DNA of 64,000 nt from Acidimicrobiia bacterium (GTDB lineage Bacteria; Actinomycetota; Acidimicrobiia; Acidimicrobiales; VFJN01), in assembly GCA_009694375.1 (NCBI GenBank), contig SHVB01000001.1, positions 70,366 to 134,365 on the forward strand, given 5' to 3'. The notes beneath the pieces were generated by a model. That model was not told the origin of the DNA and did not search any database. It saw only the letters and a list, made by a program, of their open reading frames with translations. Below, piece after piece: positions 34,163-44,680 of the stretch. Numbering within the stretch: the stretch's first letter is position 1; the number at the start of each line of letters is the position of its first letter. A program made the position numbers and the translations under genes.

Positions 34163-35215
34163 ATGAAGGTCCTCGTCACTGGCAGTGCCGGCCTCATCGG
34201 CTCCGAGGCCGTCGAGTTTTTCGACGCGCTGGGCTTTGATGTGCACGGAATCGACAACAACATGCGGGCCAACTTCTTCGGGCCGGGCGGCGACACCACC
34301 TGGAACCGGCAGCGCCTTGAGGCATCGTGCCGGCGCTACACCCACCATGACCTCGACATCCGCGACCGTCTCGGCCTGGAGAAACTATTTCAGCGCAACG
34401 CCTACGAATTGGTGATCCACGCGGCCGCCCAACCCAGCCACGACCTCGCCGCCCTCCGGCCCTTCGACGACTTCGACGTGAACGCCGGTGGCACCCTGAA
34501 CTTGTTGGAGGCAGCCCACCGCCACACTCCCGATGCCGTGTTCATCACCGTGTCCACCAACAAGGTCTACGGCGACAACCCCAACAAGATTCCGATGACC
34601 GAACACGAAACACGCTGGGATTACGCCGACCCTGCCTTCGCCGAGGGTATCGCCGAGACGATGTCGATCGATGGCTGCCTGCACTCGGTCTTCGGCGCCT
34701 CCAAGGTGGCGGCCGACTTGATGACCCAGGAGTACGGCCGCTATTTCGGGCTGCGCACCGGCACGTTTCGAGGCGGTTGTCTGACCGGCCCGCATCACGC
34801 CGGTGTGCCCCTCCATGGGTTCCTCAGCTACCTCGTGCACACCGCCCTGATCGGCACCAACTACACGATCTTGGGCTACCAGGGGAAGCAGGTACGGGAT
34901 CAGATCCACTCGGCCGATGTCATCGGTGCATTCTGGGCGTTTGCCCAGAACCCCCGGGCGGGCGAGTTCTACAACCTCGGCGGCGGCCGCCCCAACGCCG
35001 CCAGCATCCTCGAGTGCGTGGAACTCATCGCCGAGGCCTCCGGGGGCCGGCGCCCCACCCTGACCTACGACCCCACGCACCGGGTTGGGGATCACATCTG
35101 CTACTACACCGATATGGGGAAATTCCGGGAGCACTACCCCGAGTGGGTGCAGCAACACGACCTACCGGCCATCGTGGACGAGATGGTGACCAACGCCATC
35201 GCGCGCCTCGACTGA
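34163..35215 (+). CDS. NAD-dependent sugar epimerase, CDP-paratose 2-epimerase-like
   Basis: MKVLVTGSAGLIGSEAV.., NAGGTLNLLEA, STNKVYGD, FGASKVAADL (YxxxK with F/Y context) and GKQVRDQIH. The architecture resembles tyvelose/paratose epimerases (recalled from memory). Confidence 0.7.
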   Translation: MKVLVTGSAGLIGSEAVEFFDALGFDVHGIDNNMRANFFGPGGDTTWNRQRLEASCRRYTHHDLDIRDRLGLEKLFQRNAYELVIHAAAQPSHDLAALRPFDDFDVNAGGTLNLLEAAHRHTPDAVFITVSTNKVYGDNPNKIPMTEHETRWDYADPAFAEGIAETMSIDGCLHSVFGASKVAADLMTQEYGRYFGLRTGTFRGGCLTGPHHAGVPLHGFLSYLVHTALIGTNYTILGYQGKQVRDQIHSADVIGAFWAFAQNPRAGEFYNLGGGRPNAASILECVELIAEASGGRRPTLTYDPTHRVGDHICYYTDMGKFREHYPEWVQQHDLPAIVDEMVTNAIARLD

Positions 35216-35228
35216 CCAGGGGGTCACG

Positions 35229-36437
35229 GTGCGCCTCACGATTCTCAATCAGTTCTACGCCCCCGACATCAGCCCCACCGCCCAGATGGCCGCTTCTCTG
35301 GCCGAGCATCGGGCCGCCCGGGGCGACGAGGTCACCGTCGTCACCGGCCAAGTTGGCTACCTCGAGGGTCGCCTCGCCCGTCGCAGCGCCCCGCAGCCCG
35401 GCCTGCGGATCCGCCGAGTCTGGACCCCCGACCTCGGCAAGGCATCTCTGGCTCGGCGCCTCGGTGGCTACGCCACCTTCTCGCTCGGCAGTGCCATCCG
35501 CCTGGCCCTCCTGCCCCGCCAGGACGTGATCATCGCCATGACCACCCCGCCACTGGTGGTGGTGGCGGCGGTGCTGCACCAACTGCTCCACCCCCAGACC
35601 CAGGTCGTTCTTTGGAGCATGGACTGCTACCCCGACGCGGCCGAACGTTTTGGCGAAATTGAGAGCGGGGGCGTGGCGAGCCGTGCGCTTCGCCGCCTCA
35701 CCCGCTGGGCCTTTCGCCACCTCTCCGCCGGTGTTGTGCTCGACGGCGCCATGGCCGATCTCCTCAACTCGCAGTACGCCCCCCACCTAGGAACCCCTCC
35801 CCTCCACCTCATCCCCAACTGGGAACGCCAGGCGCTGCTACCCAATCCGACCCCCACCGACCCCGTGTGGTCGGGCTATAAGGCGCTGCACACCGACAAC
35901 CGCTGCGTCTTGCTCTATCTCGGCAACACCGGCATCGGGCACCGGTTCGATACCGTGCTCGATGCGGCGGCGGAACTCGGCGACGAGGCCCTGTTCCTGT
36001 TCGTTGGCGGCGGGGCCCGGTGGGACGCCCTGCAGACGGCGGTCAACGATCAGGGGCTCACCAACGTCGTGTTTCGCGGCTATGTGCCCAAGGACGAAAC
36101 CCCCGCGCTCATGGCCGGTGCCCACGGGGCCCTCATTACGCTCGACGATCGCGCCTTAGGGGTGATGAGTCCCTCCAAGATGCACGCCAACCTCGCCGCC
36201 CGCCTCCCGATCCTCTACGTCGGTCCCGCCGGAAGCAACGTGGACGAAGCCATCGAAGCGCACCGGTGTGGCATCAGCCTCCGCCATGGCGACACCGCCG
36301 GCCTGGTGGACGCCGTGCGTCACTTACGGGACGACCCCAACGGTCCGGATCGATCCCGGGCCGCCTTCGAGGCGGCCTACTGCGACACCGCGTGCCTCCC
36401 GGCCTTCGATGCCCTCCTGGATGGCCTCGGGGCCTAA
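35229..36437 (+). CDS. family-4 glycosyltransferase (WcaI-like)
   Basis: 402 aa with MRLTILNQFYAPDISPTAQMAASLAE.. at the N-terminus, typical of WcaI-type GT4 enzymes. Confidence 0.8.
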   Translation: MRLTILNQFYAPDISPTAQMAASLAEHRAARGDEVTVVTGQVGYLEGRLARRSAPQPGLRIRRVWTPDLGKASLARRLGGYATFSLGSAIRLALLPRQDVIIAMTTPPLVVVAAVLHQLLHPQTQVVLWSMDCYPDAAERFGEIESGGVASRALRRLTRWAFRHLSAGVVLDGAMADLLNSQYAPHLGTPPLHLIPNWERQALLPNPTPTDPVWSGYKALHTDNRCVLLYLGNTGIGHRFDTVLDAAAELGDEALFLFVGGGARWDALQTAVNDQGLTNVVFRGYVPKDETPALMAGAHGALITLDDRALGVMSPSKMHANLAARLPILYVGPAGSNVDEAIEAHRCGISLRHGDTAGLVDAVRHLRDDPNGPDRSRAAFEAAYCDTACLPAFDALLDGLGA

Positions 36438-36441
36438 GGAG

Positions 36442-37374
36442 TTATCGGAGGCGGAAGTAGTCGGCGGTCCGGGTCAAACCCTCCCGGAGGCCCACCTTCG
36501 GCTCCCACCCCAACAGGGACCGAGCCAGGGTGATGTCGGGCTGACGTTGGGTGGGGTCGTCGACGGGCAAGGATTCGTAGACGATCTCGCTCGATGATCC
36601 GGTGACTTCCACCACTAGTTCAGCCAGCTCGGACACCGTGTGCTCCGTGTAGGGATTTCCGATGTTCACTGGGGAGTTCACGTCGCTGTCCAGTAACGAC
36701 AAGAACCCGCGAATCTCGTCGTCGATATAGGTAAAGGAACGAGTCTGGCTACCGTCACCAAAAATCGTGATCGGTTTCCCTGCGAGCGCCTGGGTGATGA
36801 AGTTAGAGACGGCGCGACCATCGTCGGGCCGCATCCAGGGCCCGTAGGTGTTGAAGATTCGTACGATCCGTACATCGATGCCATGGTGGCGGTGATAGGC
36901 CATCGTCATGGCCTCGGCGTACCGCTTCGCCTCGTCGTAGACCCCCCGGGGGCCAATCGGGTTGACGTTGCCCCAGTACGTCTCGGGCTGGGGGTGCACG
37001 AGGGGATCGCCGTACACCTCGCTGGTGGAGGCCAGAAAGAAGACGGCTCCCTTGGCCTTGGCCAGGCCGAGGCCGTTGTGGGTGCCCAGACCGCCAACCT
37101 TCAGGATTTGGATCGGGATTCGCTCGAAATCGGCGGGAGAGGCCGGGCTGGCGAAATGCATGATCTGATCCACCGGGCCGGGCACCCCGATATGGGTGCT
37201 CACATCGTGTTCCACGAACGTGAACCCCTTCCTGACCAGAAGCCGTTCGATGTTGCCGACCGCCCCCGTGATCAGGTTGTCGATGGCCACGACCTCGTCG
37301 CCCCGGTCGAGCAAGGCCTCGCACAGGTGCGAGCCTAAAAAGCCAGCCCCGCCGGTGACCACCACGCGGGCCAT
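36442..37374 (-). CDS. uxs: UDP-glucuronate decarboxylase (UDP-xylose synthase)
   Basis: 310 aa with [37 protein letters not shown] and GDGSQTRSF. Confidence 0.9.
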   Translation of the reverse strand: MARVVVTGGAGFLGSHLCEALLDRGDEVVAIDNLITGAVGNIERLLVRKGFTFVEHDVSTHIGVPGPVDQIMHFASPASPADFERIPIQILKVGGLGTHNGLGLAKAKGAVFFLASTSEVYGDPLVHPQPETYWGNVNPIGPRGVYDEAKRYAEAMTMAYHRHHGIDVRIVRIFNTYGPWMRPDDGRAVSNFITQALAGKPITIFGDGSQTRSFTYIDDEIRGFLSLLDSDVNSPVNIGNPYTEHTVSELAELVVEVTGSSSEIVYESLPVDDPTQRQPDITLARSLLGWEPKVGLREGLTRTADYFRLR

Positions 37375-38645
37375 CAGCGCCGCCCGATCCCGTGGTAGTT
37401 GAACCCCCGGCGAATGAATGCCGTGCGGTCGAGCAAGTTGCGAGCATCCACCACCTCTTTGGCGGCCACCAGGCTGGCCACCTTATCGATGTCGAGCCAG
37501 CGGAACTCGTCCCACTCGGTGAGCACGGCCAGCACCGCGGCCCCCTCCACCGCCACGAAGGGATCATCCACGACCTCAATGCCGTCGATGGGACCAGGAC
37601 CCGACGGGTCGTACCCCCGCACGATGGCCCCGAGGGCCAGCAGTTGGCTGATGATCGACAACGACGGCGACTCGCGCAGATCATCGGTTCGGGCCTTGAA
37701 GGTGAGGCCCCACACGGCGATGCGCTTACCGTCCACCGACCCACCCGCGGCGGCCACGACCTTCGCGGTGACCCGACGCAACTGTTCATCATTGACTTCC
37801 ACCACCCCCCGGAGGAGGTGGAAGTCGTACCCCGCCGTCTCGGCGATGTGCACCATCGCCCGGGTGTCCTTGGGGAAACAGGAACCGCCCCATCCCGGAC
37901 CCGGCTTCAGGAACTCATGCCCGATGCGGGAGTCGTAGCCCATACCAAGGGCCACATCTTTGATATCGGCACCCACTGCCTCACACACAGCGGCGACCGC
38001 GTTGATAAAGGAAATTTTGGTGGCGAGAAAGGCGTTGGCGGCGTATTTGATCGTCTCGGCGGAAGCAGGGTCGGTGACGATCACCGGCGCGGTGATCCCG
38101 ATGTAGAGGGACGAGACCTTCACGGCAGCGGCCTGGTCTTCCGCACCGATCACGATGCGATCGGGATTGAGGAAGTCGTGGATCGCCGACCCCTCCCGCA
38201 GGAACTCGGGATTGGAGACCACGGCGATGTCGTCTCGGCCCAACGCGCGTTCCACCACCCGTGTGGAGCCCACCGGCACCGTGGACTTGTTGATCACGAT
38301 GGCCTCGCTGGGCAACAACGGACCAATCTCCCGGGCCGCCGACTCGATGTAGGACAGGTCGGCGGAACCGTCAGCACCCTGGGGAGTGGGCACACAAAGG
38401 TACGCAAACTCGCAGTTCTCGACCGCCGCCGCCGCCCCCACCACAAACTCAAGACGACCATCCTCCAGTCCCTCTTTCACAAGGTTGTCGAGACCTGCTT
38501 CCAGGATTGGGATCTCACCACGTTGCAACCGCGCCACCTTGTCGCTATCGATGTCGGCGCAGATCACATCGTGGCCAATATGGGCAAAGCAGGCACCGGT
38601 GGTGAGCCCGACATAGCCGGTACCAATAACCGCAATCCTGCTCAT
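37374..38645 (-). CDS. ugd: UDP-glucose 6-dehydrogenase
   Basis: 423 aa with [22 protein letters not shown] and GGSCFPKD (catalytic Cys). Its stop and the uxs start overlap (TGATG). Confidence 0.95.
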   Translation of the reverse strand: MSRIAVIGTGYVGLTTGACFAHIGHDVICADIDSDKVARLQRGEIPILEAGLDNLVKEGLEDGRLEFVVGAAAAVENCEFAYLCVPTPQGADGSADLSYIESAAREIGPLLPSEAIVINKSTVPVGSTRVVERALGRDDIAVVSNPEFLREGSAIHDFLNPDRIVIGAEDQAAAVKVSSLYIGITAPVIVTDPASAETIKYAANAFLATKISFINAVAAVCEAVGADIKDVALGMGYDSRIGHEFLKPGPGWGGSCFPKDTRAMVHIAETAGYDFHLLRGVVEVNDEQLRRVTAKVVAAAGGSVDGKRIAVWGLTFKARTDDLRESPSLSIISQLLALGAIVRGYDPSGPGPIDGIEVVDDPFVAVEGAAVLAVLTEWDEFRWLDIDKVASLVAAKEVVDARNLLDRTAFIRRGFNYHGIGRR

Positions 38646-39490
38646 GACACCGCCCCTACTTCCTGCAAGAGTCGCCCGAGCGATTCACGGTAGTGCGGCA
38701 GAAGCGGGAGATCCGAGAGGCGCAGCACGGCGTTGTCGAGCACGGAGTTCGCCGGACGCGGCGCCGGACGGGGCGGATCGAGGTCGGCCGTGCGGATGGC
38801 CCGCACGATTCCGGGATCGCCACCCACCTGTTTCAGGATTTCCCGCACAAACTCGTACCAGCTCACATCGCCTTGGTTGGTCACATGGAAGGTGCCCGGA
38901 AGCCGGTCCAGCGCCAGTCGCCGGATCGCCGGGGCCAGATCGGCGGTGAAGGTAGGGCAGCCCCGCTGGTCATCGACAAACGCCAACTCAGGTCGGTCGC
39001 GGAGGGCCAGAACCGTCTTCACCATGTTATTTCCGTGGGCGCCGCATACCCATGCCGTGCGGACCACGGCGTGAGCGGGATCCACCTCCTGCTCGCCTCC
39101 GAGTTTCGAACGCCCATAGGCCGAACACGCACTGGTGGGATCCCATTCGTGATACGGCTCAGGTTTGGTTCCGTCGAAGACGTAGTCGGTGCTCACCTGG
39201 ATCACGTGAGATCCCACGGTGCGAGCAGCGTCGGTAACCCACCGAACCCCGAGGGCGTTGACCCGCCAGGCCCGATCCGGGTCGGCTTCGCAGGCATCCA
39301 CCGCCGTCCACGCCCCAGCGTTGACCACCACGTCGGGACGGCTGCCGGTGATGGCCTGGGCCACCGAATCACGCTGAGAAAGATCGAGTTGCGCGGAGGA
39401 ACAGGCAATGACCTCGTCGCCGGCTTCGGTGCAATGGCGCACGAGATCCGTGCCGAGTTGCCCCGCCGCGCCCGTGATGAGGATCCGCAT
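38642..39490 (-). CDS. rmlD: dTDP-4-dehydrorhamnose reductase
   Basis: MRILITGAAGQLG.., STDYVFDG and YGRSKLGGE. I chose the ATG at 39490; the track ORF extends to 39529 and overlaps rmlB. Confidence 0.9.
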   Translation of the reverse strand: MRILITGAAGQLGTDLVRHCTEAGDEVIACSSAQLDLSQRDSVAQAITGSRPDVVVNAGAWTAVDACEADPDRAWRVNALGVRWVTDAARTVGSHVIQVSTDYVFDGTKPEPYHEWDPTSACSAYGRSKLGGEQEVDPAHAVVRTAWVCGAHGNNMVKTVLALRDRPELAFVDDQRGCPTFTADLAPAIRRLALDRLPGTFHVTNQGDVSWYEFVREILKQVGGDPGIVRAIRTADLDPPRPAPRPANSVLDNAVLRLSDLPLLPHYRESLGRLLQEVGAVS

Positions 39491-39498
39491 ACCCGCCG

Positions 39499-40461
39499 TC
39501 AACTCCCTGACTTCAGCGGACGCCACCACCAGGCGTTATCGCGATACCAGTCCACCGTCTCGACCAGTGCCTCGTCGAGGGTGCGTTGTTTGGTCCACCC
39601 CAGCGCGGTGATCTTGGCGATGTCTACCGAGTAGCGCCGATCATGCCCGAGCCGATCCTCCACGTAGCGGATTGAGGTCTCGTCCTTGCCCAACAGGGCG
39701 AGGAGTTTGTCTACCAGCACCCGGTTGGCGGTCTCGTTGCCCGCCCCGATGTTGTAGATCTCGCCCGGTAATCCGTCGTGCAGCACCAGGTGGACCCCGG
39801 AACAGTGGTCGTCGACGAACAGCCAGTCGCGCTCGTTGAGTCCGTCGCCGTACAAGGGGATGGACTCACCGTCGAGCAGATTGGTGGTGAACAGCGGAAT
39901 GGCTTTCTCTGGATACTGGTACGGCCCGAAGTTATTGGTGCAGCGGGTCACCGAGACGGGCAGACCGTGGGTGTGGTGGTAGCTCAAGGCGATCAGGTCA
40001 GACCCCGCCTTGGAGGCGGAGTAGGGAGAACGGGGCTCGAGCGGGTCGGTCTCCTTGGATGAGCCCACCTCTACCGAGCCGTAGACCTCATCGGTGCCGA
40101 TGTGCACCACCCGGCCGATCTCCAAACGGCGAGCGGTGTCCATCACGATGTTGGTACCAAAGCAGTTCGTGTTGACGAAGTCGTCGGAACCCACAATCGA
40201 CCGATCTACATGACTCTCGGCGGCGAAGTGCACCACCGCATCGCAGCCGGCCATGGCGGCCTCCATTGGCCCCGGATCGCAAATGTCGCCGTGCACAAAA
40301 GAGTAGCGCGGGTCGTCGTCTACATCTTTGAGCGTGGAGAGATTCCCGGCGTAGGTAAGGGCGTCGTAGACGACCACTTCATCGTCGGTCTCGCGCAATA
40401 CGTAGCGGAGATAGTTGGAGCCGATAAACCCGGCGCCGCCCGTAACGAACAGTTTCATCAA
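39499..40461 (-). CDS. rmlB: dTDP-glucose 4,6-dehydratase
   Basis: KLFVTGGAGFIGSNY.., GTDEVYG, SPYSASKAGSD and NNFGPYQYPEK. Confidence 0.96.
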   Translation of the reverse strand: MMKLFVTGGAGFIGSNYLRYVLRETDDEVVVYDALTYAGNLSTLKDVDDDPRYSFVHGDICDPGPMEAAMAGCDAVVHFAAESHVDRSIVGSDDFVNTNCFGTNIVMDTARRLEIGRVVHIGTDEVYGSVEVGSSKETDPLEPRSPYSASKAGSDLIALSYHHTHGLPVSVTRCTNNFGPYQYPEKAIPLFTTNLLDGESIPLYGDGLNERDWLFVDDHCSGVHLVLHDGLPGEIYNIGAGNETANRVLVDKLLALLGKDETSIRYVEDRLGHDRRYSVDIAKITALGWTKQRTLDEALVETVDWYRDNAWWWRPLKSGS

Positions 40462-41030
40462 TCCCCTCCGGGGAGGTCAGCAAAACGGGGGGCGTCCCGA
40501 TCTTTTTCGGAAATCTGCTGGCGATCAGCGGGGTCGATGGGCAGGGGCCAGGGGATCCCCAGGGCTGGATCGAGTGGACCACAGGCCATACCGGCCATGC
40601 CCGGCACCCACTCCTGGTCGAAGCCGTACAGGTACTGGCAGGGCCCCTCGCCCGTGACCTGAAACCCGTTGCCAACCCCCCGCGGTACGAGCACCTGAGT
40701 ACCCGGCGCCAGCACCGTGGTGACCAGGGCGCCGCGCGTGGGGCTCAGCGGCCGCAGATCTACGTAGGCGCCAAAGGCCTCCCCCGCCACCACCGCCACC
40801 AATTTCACCATGTCCTCGGCGTGCAAACCACGCAACCCACCGAGATGGGTTTCGGTGGCGTTGATCTGCAGGAAGGCTCCCATCGATGGCAGCCCCGCCT
40901 CGATGAAGGAACTCTCCCGGTAAAACTCGCGAACGGTGCCCCGCTCATCGGTCACCTGCTTCATCGTGATGATGAACAGGCCATCGATGGCCGTTGGCTG
41001 AGCCACGAAATCGATGATCTCCACGGCCAT
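40458..41030 (-). CDS. rmlC: dTDP-4-dehydrorhamnose 3,5-epimerase
   Basis: 190-aa cupin with ..DERGTVREFY.., GLRGLHAE.., and VPRGVGNGFQ. Confidence 0.88.
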   Translation of the reverse strand: MAVEIIDFVAQPTAIDGLFIITMKQVTDERGTVREFYRESSFIEAGLPSMGAFLQINATETHLGGLRGLHAEDMVKLVAVVAGEAFGAYVDLRPLSPTRGALVTTVLAPGTQVLVPRGVGNGFQVTGEGPCQYLYGFDQEWVPGMAGMACGPLDPALGIPWPLPIDPADRQQISEKDRDAPRFADLPGGD

Positions 41031-41926
41031 TACTCGCCGCCGGCTTCGAACTCGAGAAAACGCAGGAGATGGTCCCCGTAGCCGCTCTTGGCGAGATCGT
41101 CTCCGTGATCGGTGGCGGCGGCCAAGAACCGCAACTGCTCGGCGTCGATGAAGCCTTCGCGGTACGCGGCGGTCTCGGGCGAACCCACCAGCAGGCCCTT
41201 ACGGCGCTGATGGCCGGCTACCCACTGTTGGGCATCCAGCAGGGCATCGAAGGTCCCCACGTCGAACCACTCGGTGGAGAAGGGAAGCTTGGAGACCTGC
41301 AGGCAACTCTCCCGCAGGTAACGGTTGTTCACCTCGCTGATCTCCAGTTCGCCTCGCTCACTCGGGGCGGTGGTGCGGGACACCTCGATCACGCTGTTGT
41401 CGTAAAAGTAAAGACCAGGGATCATGTAGTTCGACGGCGCCACCGCCGGTTTCTCCAACACGGCGATCACGGTGCCGTCCGCCGCGAGTTCGAGCACCCC
41501 ATAGCGTTCGGGATCGGGCACCCAGAGCCCGAACACCACGGCCCCTTCCGGCTCCGTATAGCGCTGGAGCTGCTCGCCAAGGCCCACCCCGTAGAAGATG
41601 TTGTCACCCAGGATCAAGGCCACGCTGTCGTCACCGATGAACTCTTCACCGATGAGGAAGGCCGCCGCGATGCCATTCGGTTCCGGTTGGGCGGCGTAGG
41701 AGAACCGACACCCCCACGCCGAACCGTCGCCGAGTAACTCCTCGAACAGGGGCAGTTGATCGGGGGTGGAAATCACCAGGATCTCGTTGATCCGGGCATG
41801 CAGGAGGGTGCTTATGGGGTAATAAATCAGCGGCTTGTCGTAGACATGCATCAGTTGCTTGGAGGTGGCCCGACTCGCCGGGCTCAGCCGCGTCGCTCGC
41901 CCTCCAGCCAGCACGATGCCCTTCAT
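41030..41926 (-). CDS. rmlA: glucose-1-phosphate thymidylyltransferase
   Basis: MKGIVLAGGRATRLSPASRATSKQLMHVYDKPLIYYPISTLL.. and LGDNIFYG. I chose the ATG at 41926. Confidence 0.95.
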   Translation of the reverse strand: MKGIVLAGGRATRLSPASRATSKQLMHVYDKPLIYYPISTLLHARINEILVISTPDQLPLFEELLGDGSAWGCRFSYAAQPEPNGIAAAFLIGEEFIGDDSVALILGDNIFYGVGLGEQLQRYTEPEGAVVFGLWVPDPERYGVLELAADGTVIAVLEKPAVAPSNYMIPGLYFYDNSVIEVSRTTAPSERGELEISEVNNRYLRESCLQVSKLPFSTEWFDVGTFDALLDAQQWVAGHQRRKGLLVGSPETAAYREGFIDAEQLRFLAAATDHGDDLAKSGYGDHLLRFLEFEAGGE

Positions 41927-42038
41927 CACAAGGCCCCCGGGCGCGACCATGGATCAGCGAGTTGGAGGAAGGCATCCATGGGAGTTGGATTCTGGCACGT
42001 GGCCCGCTGCCTACCCAACGACCCGCCTACCCAGGCCC

Positions 42039-43466
42039 TCAGCAGTTGGCCTCCGGCGGCGGATCGGGCACCTCCCCTACGACACTGGTGGTGGTAGTGG
42101 GCAGCGTGGTGGGGGTTGTAGGCGTGCTCCCCATTGAGGTGGAGGTAGACGGTGAGGGCGGCCGGGGCGTTGCGCGCACACCGAGATAGTCGAAGCCGCT
42201 CACCACCACCACATCAGCCGGCAGCTCCTCGGTCACCACCTGGAACTCGACGGCAGCATCGAGGTACCGAGCCACCAGCTCTGCCGCCGCTTCCTGACCA
42301 GCCTGGTACCGAACAATGGTGTGGGCCACGGCGCCGCCTTCATCTCCGGTACCCGCTGCGCCGAAGCCCGCCGCCGCCAGCGCCTTGCTCACCAAACCGG
42401 CCTCACCCGGACGACCGGTGCCGTTGAGTACTTGTACCCGCACGTCACCCGGGGTGACCTCGCCCGAGGGCGCATTCCGAAACAGCGCCAAGGTGGGCTG
42501 GGCCTCGTCGGCGATGAGCCGCAACACCGAAGCGCCGCCCACGCTGTCGCCCCGCACCGGAAGGGTGTAGGTGCCGAGACCATTCGGGTCGAAGTTTCGG
42601 AAAGCCGCCGCCAGGCGCACGATGTCACTGGCGATGAGAGTCTCGTCGACCGTAACCGTGTTCAATCCGGCGTCTACGAGACCGTCGAGGGTGACCGGAT
42701 TCCGCACCCCTTTTTCGATGGCTCGCCGCACCGCCCGCACGATGAAGTCCTGCTGTCGGTTCACCCGCCCAAAGTCTGAGGTGGGATCGTTGCGCCAGCG
42801 CCCGTCCTCGGAGTACTCGTAATGGCGGGAGCGGACGTACCCGAGTGCCTGCGTCGGATCCAGAGTGATGCAGCCGGTTTCTTTGATGTCGAGGCCTGAG
42901 TTGCGGTCGCGCACCGGCGTGGCGAAATACACCTTCACTCCATCCAGCGCCTCGACGAGGCCCTTGAACCCGCCGAAGTCCACCTGAACGTAATGGTTGA
43001 TCGGGATGCTGAGGTACTGCTCAATCGTGTCGATGAGATTTTCGGGGCCACCGACCTGGATGGCGGAATTGAGCCGCTGCGTCCCGCCGCTGGCCAGCGG
43101 CACCCAGAGATCTCGCGGGAGCGACAACAAGATGGCCCGGCGCGTCGTCGGGTCCACTCGTAACACCATCATCGTGTCCGAACGCAGGCCGCCCACCTCT
43201 CCCCGACCGACGGCGGCCGGATCGTCGGGATCCAAGGAGGCCGCACTATCTACCCCCACCAGCAGGAAGTTTTGGGGGGTGGCGGCGCTGGACTCAGTGG
43301 TGAGCACAGACCCAACCTCAATCCGAGGGAGTCGGCTGTACTTGGCGTAGCCGTAGCCGAGGCCGCTGGCCACCGCCAGCAACCCGACGACGAAGCACAC
43401 GTTGAACAGCAACACGAGGCGCTGCGACCAAGGGCGTGGGTCACGAGCCGAGCGGCGGAACCTCAT
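42039..43466 (-). CDS. LCP-family (LytR-CpsA-Psr) glycopolymer ligase with LytR_C domain
   Basis: 475 aa with an N-terminal TM and NFLLVGVDS..LRSDTMMVLRVDP..ILLSLPRDLWV. It has a C-terminal LytR_C-like module (VRVQVLNGTGRPGEAG) and a Pro/Thr tail. Confidence 0.9.
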   Translation of the reverse strand: MRFRRSARDPRPWSQRLVLLFNVCFVVGLLAVASGLGYGYAKYSRLPRIEVGSVLTTESSAATPQNFLLVGVDSAASLDPDDPAAVGRGEVGGLRSDTMMVLRVDPTTRRAILLSLPRDLWVPLASGGTQRLNSAIQVGGPENLIDTIEQYLSIPINHYVQVDFGGFKGLVEALDGVKVYFATPVRDRNSGLDIKETGCITLDPTQALGYVRSRHYEYSEDGRWRNDPTSDFGRVNRQQDFIVRAVRRAIEKGVRNPVTLDGLVDAGLNTVTVDETLIASDIVRLAAAFRNFDPNGLGTYTLPVRGDSVGGASVLRLIADEAQPTLALFRNAPSGEVTPGDVRVQVLNGTGRPGEAGLVSKALAAAGFGAAGTGDEGGAVAHTIVRYQAGQEAAAELVARYLDAAVEFQVVTEELPADVVVVSGFDYLGVRATPRPPSPSTSTSMGSTPTTPTTLPTTTTSVVGEVPDPPPEANC

Positions 43467-44605
43467 CGGACGGGCAGACCCAGTTCGCGACTGATTACGA
43501 GGCGCTGGATTTCGCTGGTGCCCTCACCGATCTCGAGGATCTTGGCATCGCGGTAGAACCGAGCCACTGGGGTCTCGTCGATGAACCCGGCCCCACCAAA
43601 AATCTGGGTGGCGATACGGGTGGCGGTCACGGCGGACTCGGTGGTGTGCAGTTTGGCTATGGCGGCCGCCTGCTTCACCGGACGACCGGTGTCGTGCAAC
43701 CAGGCCGCGTGGTAGGTAACGAGACGAGCAGACTCGGCCATCACTGCGAGATCCGCGATGGGGAAGGCCACCCCCTGATTGGCCCCGATCGGCTGCCCGA
43801 AGGCGTGCCGCTCCTGCGCGTAGCGCAGGCAGTGATCGAGACAGGCTTGGATACAACCCACCGCCAGCGCCGAAATGGCGATACGGCCCTCGTCGAGGAT
43901 CTGCAGAAACTGGGCGAACCCTCGACCACGGACTCCGAGGAGATTGCCTTCCGGCACCCGGGCATCCACAAAGGACAGGCCGTGGGTGTCCGAGGCGTGC
44001 CATCCCATCTTCCGGTAGGCCGGTTGGACCTCAAAGCCGGGCGTACCCGAGGGCACGATAATGCTGCTGATTTCGCCCGGACCGGTGCGGGCGGTGACGG
44101 TGACGAAGGCCGTGAGATCCGTGCCCGAGTTGGTGATGAAGGCCTTCTCGCCGTTCAGTACCCACTCGGCTGTTTGCTCATCGAGAACCGCCGTCGTGCG
44201 GGTGCCGCCCGCATCGCTCCCCGCATCAGGCTCGGTGAGGCCGAAGCCTCCCAAACTGGCACCGGCACAAAGGTCGGGGAGCCACTGCTGCTTCTGCGCC
44301 TCGCTACCAAATCGGTAGATCGGGTTGGCCCCCAGACCTACGCCGGCCTCCAGGGTGATGGCCATTGAGTGATCGACACGGGCCAACTCCTCGATGGCGA
44401 TGCACAACGTGGTGAGGTCGCCGCCACCGCCGCCGTACTGCTCGGGGAAGGGGATACCGAACAGGCCCAGGTCACCCATGGCCCGAACCACCTCCGTGGG
44501 GAAGTGGTGGTCGCGATCCCAATCCGCAGCGTGGGGTGCGATCTCGGCCTCGGCGAAGTCACGTACGAGCTGCCGGAGTGCGGCCTGGGGCTGGGTGAAC
44601 TCCAT
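43463..44605 (-). CDS. acyl-CoA dehydrogenase
   Basis: MEFTQPQAALRQLVRDFAEAEIAP.., LTEPDAGSD and EIGEGTSEIQR. Its stop overlaps the LCP start in an ATGA arrangement. Confidence 0.92.
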   Translation of the reverse strand: MEFTQPQAALRQLVRDFAEAEIAPHAADWDRDHHFPTEVVRAMGDLGLFGIPFPEQYGGGGGDLTTLCIAIEELARVDHSMAITLEAGVGLGANPIYRFGSEAQKQQWLPDLCAGASLGGFGLTEPDAGSDAGGTRTTAVLDEQTAEWVLNGEKAFITNSGTDLTAFVTVTARTGPGEISSIIVPSGTPGFEVQPAYRKMGWHASDTHGLSFVDARVPEGNLLGVRGRGFAQFLQILDEGRIAISALAVGCIQACLDHCLRYAQERHAFGQPIGANQGVAFPIADLAVMAESARLVTYHAAWLHDTGRPVKQAAAIAKLHTTESAVTATRIATQIFGGAGFIDETPVARFYRDAKILEIGEGTSEIQRLVISRELGLPVR

Positions 44606-44680
44606 GTGCACGACAGGCTGCGCCTTCTTCAACTAGGGACGGGTTCGAATGCTGACGAACACTGATCGTACGCTGCGATC